Shown in pieces: positions 8,360-17,662 of a stretch of 64,000 bases of DNA (position 1 is the first letter of the stretch; every line of letters begins with the position of its first letter). The stretch is from a virus. Both the position numbers and the translations under genes were made by a program. The notes below the pieces were generated by a model. It searched no databases, was not told where the DNA came from, and saw nothing but the letters and a program-made list of their open reading frames with translations. The DNA is taken from the IMG/VR virus record IMGVR_UViG_3300027963_000040; one strand, written 5' to 3'.

Positions 8360-9647
8360 CCAGACTGGAAGTTGTCTTGCCGTATGGATCCTGCATATTG
8401 TGCTTCTTCATATAGTCATGCCATTCTTGTTCTTCCCACATAGAGGGCGAGACACCATTCCAGAGCGGACGATAATACTTATGATCACGATTAGCACGAC
8501 GTTCTTCGATGTATTGCTTACGAAGCTGCTCATAATCCCAAGCCTTCAGATCAGTCATCTTCTCTCGGAAATAAGCAACGATGGTCATACGATCATTGTC
8601 GTCGCCGATCAGCTCATCATTGCCGTGAATACCTGCATGATTGTTAACCAGAAGCATATCGCCAGGTTGAAGGTTAATAGCAATCCGATACTCAGGAAGA
8701 ATGAACTGACCACCTTTCCATCCTTTACCTTCCGGTCCAGTGACTCCACAAATATTGCTGAAACCAACAGTGAGATCGCCAGCATCGCGATGGCAGGCTG
8801 TGCGCCAATTATGATTGACAGTAAGAGTAGTAAAGACAGTGTCATCAATAAGAAATCGCGGATCAAGTTTGTCAGCTTCATTACGTTGAGCCTTCCATCT
8901 TTCGGGGATTAGTTCCTTGAATTGTTCATTAAGCTTGCGAAGGTAAGGATAGCAAAGCGCAAACTTTTCGAGATTCTTCTCGGTGTATGAGGTAGCACGA
9001 CCGTATGGGATACGCGGATAACGGTCGAAATAACCAGCGATACCAGACATAACCGACTGAGCATAGTTGGTCTCAGAAATGTAATTGCTCAGAACGTTGT
9101 TGGCTTCCTTTCGCTGATCTTCGCGTGACAGATTGTGAAGACCATCAACCCACTTATCAAACCAACCGTGGTATTCCGGATAGTGCTTGCAAACTTCGGA
9201 ACGAAGCCAAACGCGACCGCGAGTCTCTTCCTTCTTTGGGTTTGCTGCATGTTCCGCACGAATTGATTCGATTGATTCTTCTTGGTAGATAGCATTATCG
9301 GGGCGAAGGATAAAATCAAGAATGTCCTGATGATACTCTGTCACCCAATCTCGACCACTACGACCAGCAGCACCAAGCATATCGCCACGCGGTCCAGCAG
9401 CAAGACCACGGTTTTGCGACTCAGTTGCAGCTTCCCTCAGACCAGCATACGCGAAATCACACTCTTCCTTGGTGAAAACATTCCTGCGAAACTTGAAAAT
9501 GATATTGTCTTCAGTAAGATCGCCTGTTACTGTTTCGGCATACAGATCAGTATCTTCTTGAATCACCATATCGTATCGGTCGTTAGTGATGAAAGTGCCT
9601 AGGGTATCTTCGGCATCGATAGCTTTGATTACAAGTGTCTTAACCAT
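8346..9647 (-). CDS. TET/JBP-family 2OG-Fe(II) dioxygenase (5-methylpyrimidine oxidase-like)
   Basis: FTTLTVNHNWRTACHRDAGD (HxD), IHGN (distal His), RMTIVAYFRE. Confidence 0.85.
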   Translation of the reverse strand: MVKTLVIKAIDAEDTLGTFITNDRYDMVIQEDTDLYAETVTGDLTEDNIIFKFRRNVFTKEECDFAYAGLREAATESQNRGLAAGPRGDMLGAAGRSGRDWVTEYHQDILDFILRPDNAIYQEESIESIRAEHAANPKKEETRGRVWLRSEVCKHYPEYHGWFDKWVDGLHNLSREDQRKEANNVLSNYISETNYAQSVMSGIAGYFDRYPRIPYGRATSYTEKNLEKFALCYPYLRKLNEQFKELIPERWKAQRNEADKLDPRFLIDDTVFTTLTVNHNWRTACHRDAGDLTVGFSNICGVTGPEGKGWKGGQFILPEYRIAINLQPGDMLLVNNHAGIHGNDELIGDDNDRMTIVAYFREKMTDLKAWDYEQLRKQYIEERRANRDHKYYRPLWNGVSPSMWEEQEWHDYMKKHNMQDPYGKTTSSLDAFF

Positions 9648-9673
9648 TTGAGGTCTCCTTATTGACTAATTGC

Positions 9674-9702
9674 ATTATACTACGTATATATGGAAAAGTC
9701 AA
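9674..9702 (-). promoter_or_regulatory. sigma70-type promoter for the TET operon
   Basis: TTGACT-17 nt-TATAAT. Confidence 0.8.
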
Positions 9703-10064
9703 AACTTTTTTCCACCATCAGCCATGCGATTTTGTAATTGGTGATCTGCGCGATTTGCGTTGTAGCGATGTTTCTCGTCAAGAGCGCCAGCAACATCAAG
9801 ACCCTCGCGAGCAGCAAGATCAAGAATGCGAATGATAGTGTCAGCGAGCTCCACCTCAAGCATTGTGCGTTCTGTTAGATGATCGTCCATAAGGTTCTTA
9901 CGCGCACCTTCAAGAGCCTCGGAAAGCTCTGAGTGACAAAGAGCAATCATTGTGCCAATTTCGCGCGGATTCTTATGCCAACCCATCGCAGTAGCTTGAC
10001 CGTGTAGCTTTTTTTGAATGCTACGGAGAGCGTGAATTTCGTAATCTTGAATTTCGTATGTCAT
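9699..10064 (-). CDS. MazG-like NTP pyrophosphohydrolase
   Basis: HSELSEALE...EVELADTIIRILD. Confidence 0.8.
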   Translation of the reverse strand: MTYEIQDYEIHALRSIQKKLHGQATAMGWHKNPREIGTMIALCHSELSEALEGARKNLMDDHLTERTMLEVELADTIIRILDLAAREGLDVAGALDEKHRYNANRADHQLQNRMADGGKKF

Positions 10065-10073
10065 AATATAATC

Positions 10074-10286
10074 CTATCGGTTGTTAACGATGCAGGCACC
10101 ACCGCCTACAGTGGGAACCCAAGACCCGCGTGCCTCAAGACAAAGCTTTGCTTGTTCATGATACTGGCGAGAGCTTGACGTTGATCCAAAATATATTGCT
10201 GCAACCATCGCAATGAGCACAGAAGCAAAACAAATTGCAATGCAAAGCGGCACAATGTCGTCTTTATTCATAATCAAATAATCCAT
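10074..10286 (-). CDS. small membrane protein
   Basis: One hydrophobic segment, C-terminal Cys pair. Confidence 0.6.
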   Translation of the reverse strand: MDYLIMNKDDIVPLCIAICFASVLIAMVAAIYFGSTSSSRQYHEQAKLCLEARGSWVPTVGGGACIVNNR

Positions 10287-10810
10287 TCAGGAGGTTGACG
10301 GTTTTTCCAGGAGTGCATGCTTGCCTTCCCGATCTTGTAGTAATTACGGTAGTTGACGATTGGATCTTCGCTGACAACGTATTCGGGAGCCATAGCAGAA
10401 GGCATTGTCGTCATATGATAGTTAGTCAAATTCTTAGGAGGAGATTGCAGCTGGTAGCTGAGTTCCCCGAAACATTTATGAGTTTTACCATAGCGATAGG
10501 TGTATTCTTCGCCGAGAGCAAAAAAGTGCTCTGCAAGCCAGTTGTAGTTTTCAACCGACTTGCGCGCCCATACGGCAGAAGGATGGTTGATGTGTGTAGC
10601 TTGATACAGAACAGTATCGCGCGCATCATCAAGAACCCAACGTTTCACGTTGCGACCAGTCTTTGACTTACCAGCGATTTCTCTACCGTCTAGCACTCTA
10701 TGCGCAGTCGAAAGCAACTGCGCAGATTCTAAAATCATCTTTACAACGTGTTTATCGACCATCCACTGAGCAGCTTGCACAGGGTCAGGTGAGACATAGA
10801 AGATGTTCAC
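10274..10810 (-). CDS. pyrimidine-dimer glycosylase (DenV)-related phage protein
   Basis: MNIFY...DKHVVKMILESAQLLSTAH...THINHPS family signature. Confidence 0.6.
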   Translation of the reverse strand: MNIFYVSPDPVQAAQWMVDKHVVKMILESAQLLSTAHRVLDGREIAGKSKTGRNVKRWVLDDARDTVLYQATHINHPSAVWARKSVENYNWLAEHFFALGEEYTYRYGKTHKCFGELSYQLQSPPKNLTNYHMTTMPSAMAPEYVVSEDPIVNYRNYYKIGKASMHSWKNRQPPEWII

Positions 10811-11286
10811 TTACGTTTCCATTTCCTCAAAGCTTGTTGACGATGGATTGGGTTTGCTTTTTGATAGAAAACCTCGCCATCTAGAAAATCCATACATTGT
10901 TGAAAAGCACGCGCCGTCATACCGGTATATGTTTCAGTTCTAATTTCACCATTAGGAGTAGCGAAACGAACCTTACAATGCTGCGGACGCTTTATCTTAA
11001 CCTGTAATCCGGGATAAGTCAAGCTAATTTCATCAAGCCGAATTTGATCATTGCTTGGCATAACAATTCTTGGGTTGAAACAGACAAAATTCTCTGGAGC
11101 GCCGCGCATACCGAAGATCCTAAGAGGAATCCCGACTTGGGGGGCAGTAAGACAGATTGCGTTGTTATCGTACATGAATTTAATAAGATTTTGAGAGAAC
11201 TCGACTGGATCAAACGGTGGGTTCTTGAAATCAAAAGGTTCTGACTTCTCTTTCAGCTGAGGGTCTCTGTAATCGATGATTTTCAT
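10807..11286 (-). CDS. def: peptide deformylase homolog, catalytic motifs degenerate
   Basis: PDF architecture (APQVG, FNPRI, ARAFQ..DG); EGCLS appears as EISLT and HExDH as QCMDF. Confidence 0.8.
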   Translation of the reverse strand: MKIIDYRDPQLKEKSEPFDFKNPPFDPVEFSQNLIKFMYDNNAICLTAPQVGIPLRIFGMRGAPENFVCFNPRIVMPSNDQIRLDEISLTYPGLQVKIKRPQHCKVRFATPNGEIRTETYTGMTARAFQQCMDFLDGEVFYQKANPIHRQQALRKWKRK

Positions 11287-12989
11287 TCTGCAATCCTAGA
11301 AAAAGATTTTGTCTTGACGAACTTGATAACATTCTCGAACTTGTCGTGTAGAGTGTCTCTATGTGAGATAATGAACACGTTGGAATCCCTGCTGATATTC
11401 TGTAGAATCTTGAGCAAGTCTTCAGCCGAGTTACCGTCAAGAGAACTATCGAACACTTCATCGAGAATCAAAAGATTTGTGCTCAGAGAGTTACGAAGCT
11501 TGGCTACTGCTCTCCAGGTGAACAGAATAGCCAGGTCGATCTTCTGTTTTTCGCCTTCACTGAAAGATGCGTAGCTGAACTCATCGCGATAGCGAGACTT
11601 GATGACTTCATTGAACTGCTCGTCTAGATTGAATTCAACGAACAGATCAAACTCAGACAGATACTTATTGATCAGCTTGTTGATAACTGGTATGTATTGG
11701 TTCACGATACGAGTCTTGATACCTCCATCTTTCAACAACAAAGCTGCAGCATTGAGGACACGCTTGTCCTCCTGTAGTATATTATAATGATTTGACAGAT
11801 TAGTCAAGTCTTTTTCTAGGTCAACAACCTTCAAATCAGAATTTTCTTTTGAAGTCTTCTTAGCTTCATCAAGCTCTTTTGATATTGTTCTAACTTGATC
11901 GTTAAACATCTGAATCTTCAGAGTTTCATGAGATGCCTTGGTTCTAAGATCGTCGCATTCCTTATCAATTTCAAGTATCTTGCTGAGCTCCAAGTTGGTT
12001 TCTTCATACTTGTTCGCCAACTGCGACAGACCTGACTCAACTTCTTTGATTTCGTCCTCACGTTTTCCTACGATCTCGCAGCTAAACTCAGAACTGATTT
12101 CTTGTTTGCAAGTCGGGCAGTTGTCGTGATTATTGAAAAAATCAATCTCTTTCGAAAGAGAAGCAGTTTTGATCTCCATCTGCGCTCTCAGAGTTTTCAG
12201 TTTCTCAACTTTATTCTTAACGCTACCGAGGTTAGTAAGATAATCTGATTTTGATTTGATTACATCAGCTAACTCACTTTTAATCTGTCTAGCCTCTTCA
12301 ATCTTTTTTTCAACATCAGCAAGAGCAGTTTTCTTCTCTTGAATGAATTGTTCGTTCTTGAATTGAACTTCTTTCAGGTGCTCCCTGACCATCTTGATCT
12401 TAGCTTCAACGATCTTTCGGTCGTTTTCATTATCCTGAATGAGACTGGCATTGTCTTGCACTTTCTCTTTCAATAGAGTATTCATTATAGTGAACACTTG
12501 CAAGTCGAGTAGATCTTCAATGATCGTCCGACGCTGAGAAGCAGGAAGCTGCATGAAAGGAACGAAAGAAGCAGAACCAAGAACAACAACCTGACAAAAA
12601 GACTTGTAGTTGATCTTCAGAACGTTCTTTTCTAGAACTTCCTGGTAGTCTCTCATTTCAGCCGATTGGTTGACTAGGTTATCGTTACAGTAAACCTCGA
12701 AGACAGCAGGCTTGATGCCTCTGACGATTTTGTAATGATTTGATTGAATAGAGAACTCGAGCTCTACAACCAACTCTTTACGAGTGATTGTGTTGAGTAG
12801 CTGCGGCTTGTTAATGTTTCTGAAAGTCTTACCGAACAGAGCAAAAGTAAGAGCGTCAAGGATGGTTGACTTACCTGCTCCATTCTCGCCCACAATCAGA
12901 GTTGTTCCTGGTGTAGACAAGCTTAATTCTGTGAAGATGTTTCCTGTTGAGAGGAGATTTTTCCATCTTATTGTTTTGAAGTGAATCAT
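11283..12989 (-). CDS. gp46: recombination endonuclease subunit, Rad50/SbcC-like
   Basis: GENGAGKST, CPTC zinc hook, FSEGEK signature, LDEVFD. Confidence 0.95.
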   Translation of the reverse strand: MIHFKTIRWKNLLSTGNIFTELSLSTPGTTLIVGENGAGKSTILDALTFALFGKTFRNINKPQLLNTITRKELVVELEFSIQSNHYKIVRGIKPAVFEVYCNDNLVNQSAEMRDYQEVLEKNVLKINYKSFCQVVVLGSASFVPFMQLPASQRRTIIEDLLDLQVFTIMNTLLKEKVQDNASLIQDNENDRKIVEAKIKMVREHLKEVQFKNEQFIQEKKTALADVEKKIEEARQIKSELADVIKSKSDYLTNLGSVKNKVEKLKTLRAQMEIKTASLSKEIDFFNNHDNCPTCKQEISSEFSCEIVGKREDEIKEVESGLSQLANKYEETNLELSKILEIDKECDDLRTKASHETLKIQMFNDQVRTISKELDEAKKTSKENSDLKVVDLEKDLTNLSNHYNILQEDKRVLNAAALLLKDGGIKTRIVNQYIPVINKLINKYLSEFDLFVEFNLDEQFNEVIKSRYRDEFSYASFSEGEKQKIDLAILFTWRAVAKLRNSLSTNLLILDEVFDSSLDGNSAEDLLKILQNISRDSNVFIISHRDTLHDKFENVIKFVKTKSFSRIAE

Positions 12990-14044
12990 TCTACAGTTAT
13001 CGCCTGATTATACAGATCGACGATCACTCGTTCAAGTTTATCCCTGTTCAGATTAGGAGAGTTGACTTGATCGATATGTTTCATGAAGATGTCAAGAGTG
13101 CTTTCGGCTTCATTGACAATTTCGCTGTCTTCATCTAGATTCAGGTTTAGATGATCATCGACGATCTGAAGGTTGAGAATACCTTGCTTTTCAATACTCT
13201 CGCAAAACTTGTCAAACCAAAACGGATTCGTCTTGCTGGTGACGATCAGCTTTACGTAGGTTCCTTTGTGCTGAGTGAATTCGTAGTCGAGTAACTCTTC
13301 CATTGTTTTTGAAGAGTCATCATACCAGACCTTACTGAACATTATATATGGATTCTCAATAAAAGTCAAGTCTTTATTTTGAAGATCCAGTATGTGAAAC
13401 CCGCGAGAATCGCCATAGTCAGACCAAGTAAACTGACCGTGAGAACCAACATAACTAATGCTACCATCAGTGGACCGATGATGAAAATGACCAGAAAGTA
13501 CGCAATCAAACTTGTCAAAAAGTCTACGATCTTCGCCATGTGAACAGATACTCCCTTTGAACATTTGGAAACCTTGTAACTCAAGATGTCCCATACAGAT
13601 TGTTGATCTTGAATTTTCAATCATCTCCATCGTGTGTTCTTTGTTATCAGAACAGATCCAGGGGACGAACAAAATAGGTGTCTCGTGAATCACAACTTCG
13701 GTCGCGTTCTGGTAGATATGAACAGACTCATCACACAGTTCTTGCACCGAGTTGACTGCGTTCGTGTTCTTGTAATACGTGTCGTGATTACCCAAGATTT
13801 GATGCAGTTTAAAACCCATATGCTCTATCGGCTCGAGGAAGTCTTTACGGAGACGATTTGCAGTCTGAATATTGATGTACTTACGGCGATCAACTAGATC
13901 ACCAAGATGCACTATAGTCTCGATACCTTGTTTATGAATCTCAGGAAAGAACACATTATCAAGGAATTTCTTGAACATGTCCATAAATGCAACGTTATCA
14001 TTTCTGATGCCGGCATGCGAATCGCTTAATATAGCTATCTTCAT
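12986..14044 (-). CDS. gp47: recombination endonuclease subunit, Mre11/SbcD-like
   Basis: DSH, GDLVD, GNHD, GHFH phosphoesterase motifs. Confidence 0.95.
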   Translation of the reverse strand: MKIAILSDSHAGIRNDNVAFMDMFKKFLDNVFFPEIHKQGIETIVHLGDLVDRRKYINIQTANRLRKDFLEPIEHMGFKLHQILGNHDTYYKNTNAVNSVQELCDESVHIYQNATEVVIHETPILFVPWICSDNKEHTMEMIENSRSTICMGHLELQGFQMFKGSICSHGEDRRLFDKFDCVLSGHFHHRSTDGSISYVGSHGQFTWSDYGDSRGFHILDLQNKDLTFIENPYIMFSKVWYDDSSKTMEELLDYEFTQHKGTYVKLIVTSKTNPFWFDKFCESIEKQGILNLQIVDDHLNLNLDEDSEIVNEAESTLDIFMKHIDQVNSPNLNRDKLERVIVDLYNQAITVE

Positions 14045-14281
14045 TCAGCGACGCTTAAGATAACGGTTGCTGAAAGTAGAATGCTCCCTTTCGTTTGTTG
14101 TTTCTCTCTCGACCACTTCCATACGGTTGTTCAATACTTCTTCACAAAACTTTTTGATATTGTCTAAATGCATACGCGAGTTCTGTCTGACGTTAGTATT
14201 AGGATGAGACAGAGCGTTCATTGCAAAATCAATAATGTTTTGCGGCAGTATGTTGTACTTTGGATTGTTTTCATTGCTCAT
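14045..14281 (-). CDS. hypothetical protein
   Basis: 78-aa ORF between gp55 and gp47. Confidence 0.65.
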   Translation of the reverse strand: MSNENNPKYNILPQNIIDFAMNALSHPNTNVRQNSRMHLDNIKKFCEEVLNNRMEVVERETTNEREHSTFSNRYLKRR

Positions 14282-14810
14282 TAGAATTCCCTTCTACAAA
14301 CTTTTCTACTCCCTGTATAATACTACTCTTTTTGGTTTTTGTCAACTTTTTTTCAAAGCTGTCGATGATTCCATTCGTAATATCGTTGTAATGGGGATTG
14401 TTACCTGTTACAGTGTTGAAAGTTTCAGTATCAAGCTCTGAAATCATCATGCTATTGATCATGTTTTTATGCTTGATGTATTGCTGTTTCTTTTCTTTTG
14501 AGATTCTTCTAATGAAAGCATTCCAGGCGATCTGGGTGAAATAAGCGAACGGGTTGCTTGATTTTTCCGGGTTGAATCCGTTTACGGAAGCAATACAATT
14601 TTCTACACCATCTGCAATCATTTCATCTCTAAAAGAGTAACCAATGAAATTGGGTTTGGTTGACAGTTTGTTACAAATTGCTAAAATGCATTGACCGACA
14701 TAATCTGGAATTTTGGTATTAGGGTTCTCGATGAACTTGTTTTTATAAGCGACTAGAGCTTCATAAAAATCTTTGTTGTTCACGTAGTGGCGCTTGGGTT
14801 TTGCTGACAT
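14271..14810 (-). CDS. gp55: late-transcription sigma factor
   Basis: HYVNNKDF, NFIGYSFRDEMIADG, NPFAYFTQIAWNAFIRRI; start at 14810 after GGAG. Confidence 0.95.
   Translation of the reverse strand: MSAKPKRHYVNNKDFYEALVAYKNKFIENPNTKIPDYVGQCILAICNKLSTKPNFIGYSFRDEMIADGVENCIASVNGFNPEKSSNPFAYFTQIAWNAFIRRISKEKKQQYIKHKNMINSMMISELDTETFNTVTGNNPHYNDITNGIIDSFEKKLTKTKKSSIIQGVEKFVEGNSNEQ
14317..14345 (-). promoter_or_regulatory. internal sigma70-type promoter in the gp55 3' end
   Basis: TTGACA-17 nt-TATTAT. Confidence 0.65.
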
Positions 14811-14815
14811 AATGC

Positions 14816-14843
14816 TTGACTTCTCCATAAATGTAGGTATAAT
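14816..14843 (+). promoter_or_regulatory. antisense sigma70-type promoter overlapping the gp55 RBS
   Basis: gcTTGACT-16 nt-TATAATcactaatgtg, closely matching the early promoter at 899-926. Confidence 0.65.
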
Positions 14844-14866
14844 CACTAATGTGTGAATGATAATAA

Positions 14867-16315
14867 TTAGAGTAAATCTACAGTGTAGGTCTTGTAAGGA
14901 AACTTTTCCTCGCTATAGATCTTGATTCGCTCGACGAAATGAAGGATGGTATGATTCTTTTTAGACTTCCAAGTCAGGTCATCGGCAATGTCATACAGAG
15001 TAGCTTCCGATTTAGTATCAGAAGTTCTGAGACCTCTACCAATCGACTGGAGGTTCCTCACTCTGGACTTTGAAGGACTAGAAAATACAACGTTGTGCAG
15101 ATTACGAATGTTAATGCCGGTGGAGCTAGTTCCGTAGCTAGCAACAACAATAGCATTTTCTTCTGTTTCAATGATTCTCCGAATTTCTTCACGTTTCTCT
15201 CCATCAATAGCACCAGAAATGAAAAAGACCTTACGATCAACAGCTTCTTTTGATATAAGATCATATAGAGTTTTGCCGTGTTTTTCGACAAACTGAAACA
15301 GTAACAGAGTGTTACCATTCAAGGAAAGAGCAAGATTCTTGATGAATCTGTTGCGAGCTTCGTTTCTTACAATAAAGTCTATCTCGGTTTGATAGTCAGT
15401 TCCAGTCATAAGTTTTCTTACGTCTTCTGGATATTTGAGAACGATAGCCTTGATGCTGAAATCAGCTAGATGTTTTTGTTCAATCAGATCGGCAGTTGTT
15501 GTAATTTTACGAACTGCGCCAAACAAACCTTCGAGTACGAGCTTGTGGGTTTGAGTGCCGTCCAGAGTTCCGGTGAAACCGAATCTGTATTTACAACCAG
15601 TCATTTTGCTCATGATGGTTGAAAGAGACTTGGCTTTGAACAGATGCGCCTCGTCACCAATAACAACATCGAACTGATCGAACCACTTCTTCGGCTGTTT
15701 GTAGATTGACTGCCAGGTTGAAATGACGAAACGTTTGTTTGATTCTTTTTCTTCGCCAGACATTATCTTATGAGTCATTCCCTTCGGTAGACCATAATCT
15801 TCAAAGTCCGAAGCCATCTGATGAACCAGAGACGTTGTTGGAACGATTACCAGAGTTTTTGTTTGATACCAACAAGCAAGAAGGTAAATGATAAATGACT
15901 TACCAGAACCAGTCGGAGACAGTAGAACGCCTCTACGTTTTCTTACTGCATGCACGAACGCATCAATCTGATAGTCTCTAGGCTGATGTTTCGGTTGTAG
16001 TTTCTCTATGAATTGTTTTGCTTCAATGAGAGAGAATTCTGTATCAGAGAACGGACCTTCGTATTCTATCTCGTAATTTCTGCTCTTGCAGAACTGCTCT
16101 AGATGATGATTCAATCCTGCGTAAAGTAACGAAACAAGTGGATTGAAGAGTCTAATCTTTCCGTCCCAGACTTTGTTTCTGAAAGATGGCATAAACTTAG
16201 CGCCAGGTACTTCAAACGTGAAATGGTCCGCTAACTCCATGGCTAACCCGGAGTCGCAGACTATCTTGTTGTATACTTCATCGTAACGTGTCACTCTTAT
16301 AATATCAGTCATCAA
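14867..16315 (-). CDS. uvsW: SF2 DNA helicase UvsW
   Basis: SPTGSGKS, DEAH, QSIGRGLR; N-terminal WDGKIRLF. Confidence 0.95.
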   Translation of the reverse strand: MMTDIIRVTRYDEVYNKIVCDSGLAMELADHFTFEVPGAKFMPSFRNKVWDGKIRLFNPLVSLLYAGLNHHLEQFCKSRNYEIEYEGPFSDTEFSLIEAKQFIEKLQPKHQPRDYQIDAFVHAVRKRRGVLLSPTGSGKSFIIYLLACWYQTKTLVIVPTTSLVHQMASDFEDYGLPKGMTHKIMSGEEKESNKRFVISTWQSIYKQPKKWFDQFDVVIGDEAHLFKAKSLSTIMSKMTGCKYRFGFTGTLDGTQTHKLVLEGLFGAVRKITTTADLIEQKHLADFSIKAIVLKYPEDVRKLMTGTDYQTEIDFIVRNEARNRFIKNLALSLNGNTLLLFQFVEKHGKTLYDLISKEAVDRKVFFISGAIDGEKREEIRRIIETEENAIVVASYGTSSTGINIRNLHNVVFSSPSKSRVRNLQSIGRGLRTSDTKSEATLYDIADDLTWKSKKNHTILHFVERIKIYSEEKFPYKTYTVDLL

Positions 16316-16749
16316 CCACCCATTGTAAACTTCGTAAACTCAATAGCGTTCTTGATTATATAGCCTCTGGTTTGAAACGACTTGATGATGGACTCTAGGA
16401 ATTCAATCTTCTCTTGCTGCATACCAATCTTCAGCGAAAGATCGATTATGTCCTGGTCGCCTTCCATGTATAGAGGAATATCAGCCTTCAGGATCAATCC
16501 TCGCGCTGGCATGCGCCAGCCTTTTTCTTTCGTCTCTTCGGTTGGACCCTGAGTGTAAAACTCATGCTTCTCGAGCTTCAACTTCTTCATATCAGACTCG
16601 AGTTTTCTGAGGATCACTTTCTCGCCAACGTAGATAGTATAGTATTTGTGATGGAGCTTGGGAATCTTTAGGCTCTCATCAGCAAGTTCTGTTCTATCAA
16701 TAACGCTGTCTTTTTCCCAAGAAGCAAAAACGTCTTCAAACTTCATCAT
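16312..16749 (-). CDS. uvsY: recombination mediator UvsY
   Basis: WEKDSVID...ESLKIPKLHHKY...RGYIIKNAI; adjacent to uvsW. Confidence 0.9.
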   Translation of the reverse strand: MMKFEDVFASWEKDSVIDRTELADESLKIPKLHHKYYTIYVGEKVILRKLESDMKKLKLEKHEFYTQGPTEETKEKGWRMPARGLILKADIPLYMEGDQDIIDLSLKIGMQQEKIEFLESIIKSFQTRGYIIKNAIEFTKFTMGG

Positions 16750-16773
16750 TACACCTTGCTATATCAAAGCTTT

Positions 16774-16802
16774 ATATTACTATAGAAGGTGACAAAAGTC
16801 AA
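16774..16802 (-). promoter_or_regulatory. sigma70-type promoter for uvsY-uvsW
   Basis: TTGACT-17 nt-TAATAT. Confidence 0.75.
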
Positions 16803-17323
16803 GCAATAACTTTAGAAATTTCGTATTTTGTGTACTTGAAAGATGCCGAAGCTTCTACGTAAGCAACGTCTTCATTCGTTGTATTCATTTCAAACCCTGA
16901 TAATCCGGTCGGGAAACAATCTTCAAAAACAATTTCGTAGTTGGGTCTTTTGGCGCTTGACAGAATAGTCAAAGAAATTTCAGACGTTGTAGATTCACCG
17001 GTGATTTTTGATTTTGCAACTAAATTCGCATACGCACTGTAAGATTGTTGACCGACTGCTCTTATCCAGTTATCGATCTCGAGATAGTTTTGCATATCTT
17101 CATCAACTCTGAAAGTTATAGAAAGATCCCCGAACTCCAAGTGATCACCAAACTGAGGAATGCGAATCAGAGGAGTTGGAATGTTAAATGCCGGCAATGT
17201 AAGCTCTGGCAGTGTAACTTTCTGTACGAAAAAATTGATAGTTGGCGCTCTCTTCATAATGAACTTGAAATTGAGAGGACTCAAGAAATTCTTGTTTGTA
17301 GGTGTGTTATCAACTGCTGACAT
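16799..17323 (-). CDS. gp3: tail completion / tube terminator protein
   Basis: NFLSPLNFKF...FFVQ...FRVDEDMQNY; synteny between gp23 and uvsY. Confidence 0.85.
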   Translation of the reverse strand: MSAVDNTPTNKNFLSPLNFKFIMKRAPTINFFVQKVTLPELTLPAFNIPTPLIRIPQFGDHLEFGDLSITFRVDEDMQNYLEIDNWIRAVGQQSYSAYANLVAKSKITGESTTSEISLTILSSAKRPNYEIVFEDCFPTGLSGFEMNTTNEDVAYVEASASFKYTKYEISKVIA

Positions 17324-17332
17324 ATGGTTTGC

Positions 17333-17650
17333 CTATTCTGAATGTTTCAATAGTTTCCATTCGTTATCACCTACTTTTCGGTGAATCTCGTGGTTTAGAA
17401 TCTTACCTTGTTTTGTTATAGCTACAGTCATAGTATGTTTTTGAGCAGCGTTTGCCATCACAACATTTCTTACTGCAGATTTAGGATCGTCGCGTTTGTG
17501 AGGTCTCGCGTAGATTTTGTGCTCGTGACTGTCAACATATGTTTTGTAATCGGGATGACTCGCAATAGATTTCATCTGACGTTTGTTAAAAATTTCACCA
17601 GGTGAAGAATAAGATTCGTTGATAAACTGTTTGAATGAAAGCATTGTCAA
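17333..17650 (-). CDS. putative internal head protein
   Basis: N-terminal MLSFKQFINE resembles the T4 capsid-targeting sequence; TATAAATA upstream. Confidence 0.6.
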   Translation of the reverse strand: MTMLSFKQFINESYSSPGEIFNKRQMKSIASHPDYKTYVDSHEHKIYARPHKRDDPKSAVRNVVMANAAQKHTMTVAITKQGKILNHEIHRKVGDNEWKLLKHSE

Positions 17651-17662
17651 TTCCCTTTCAAA

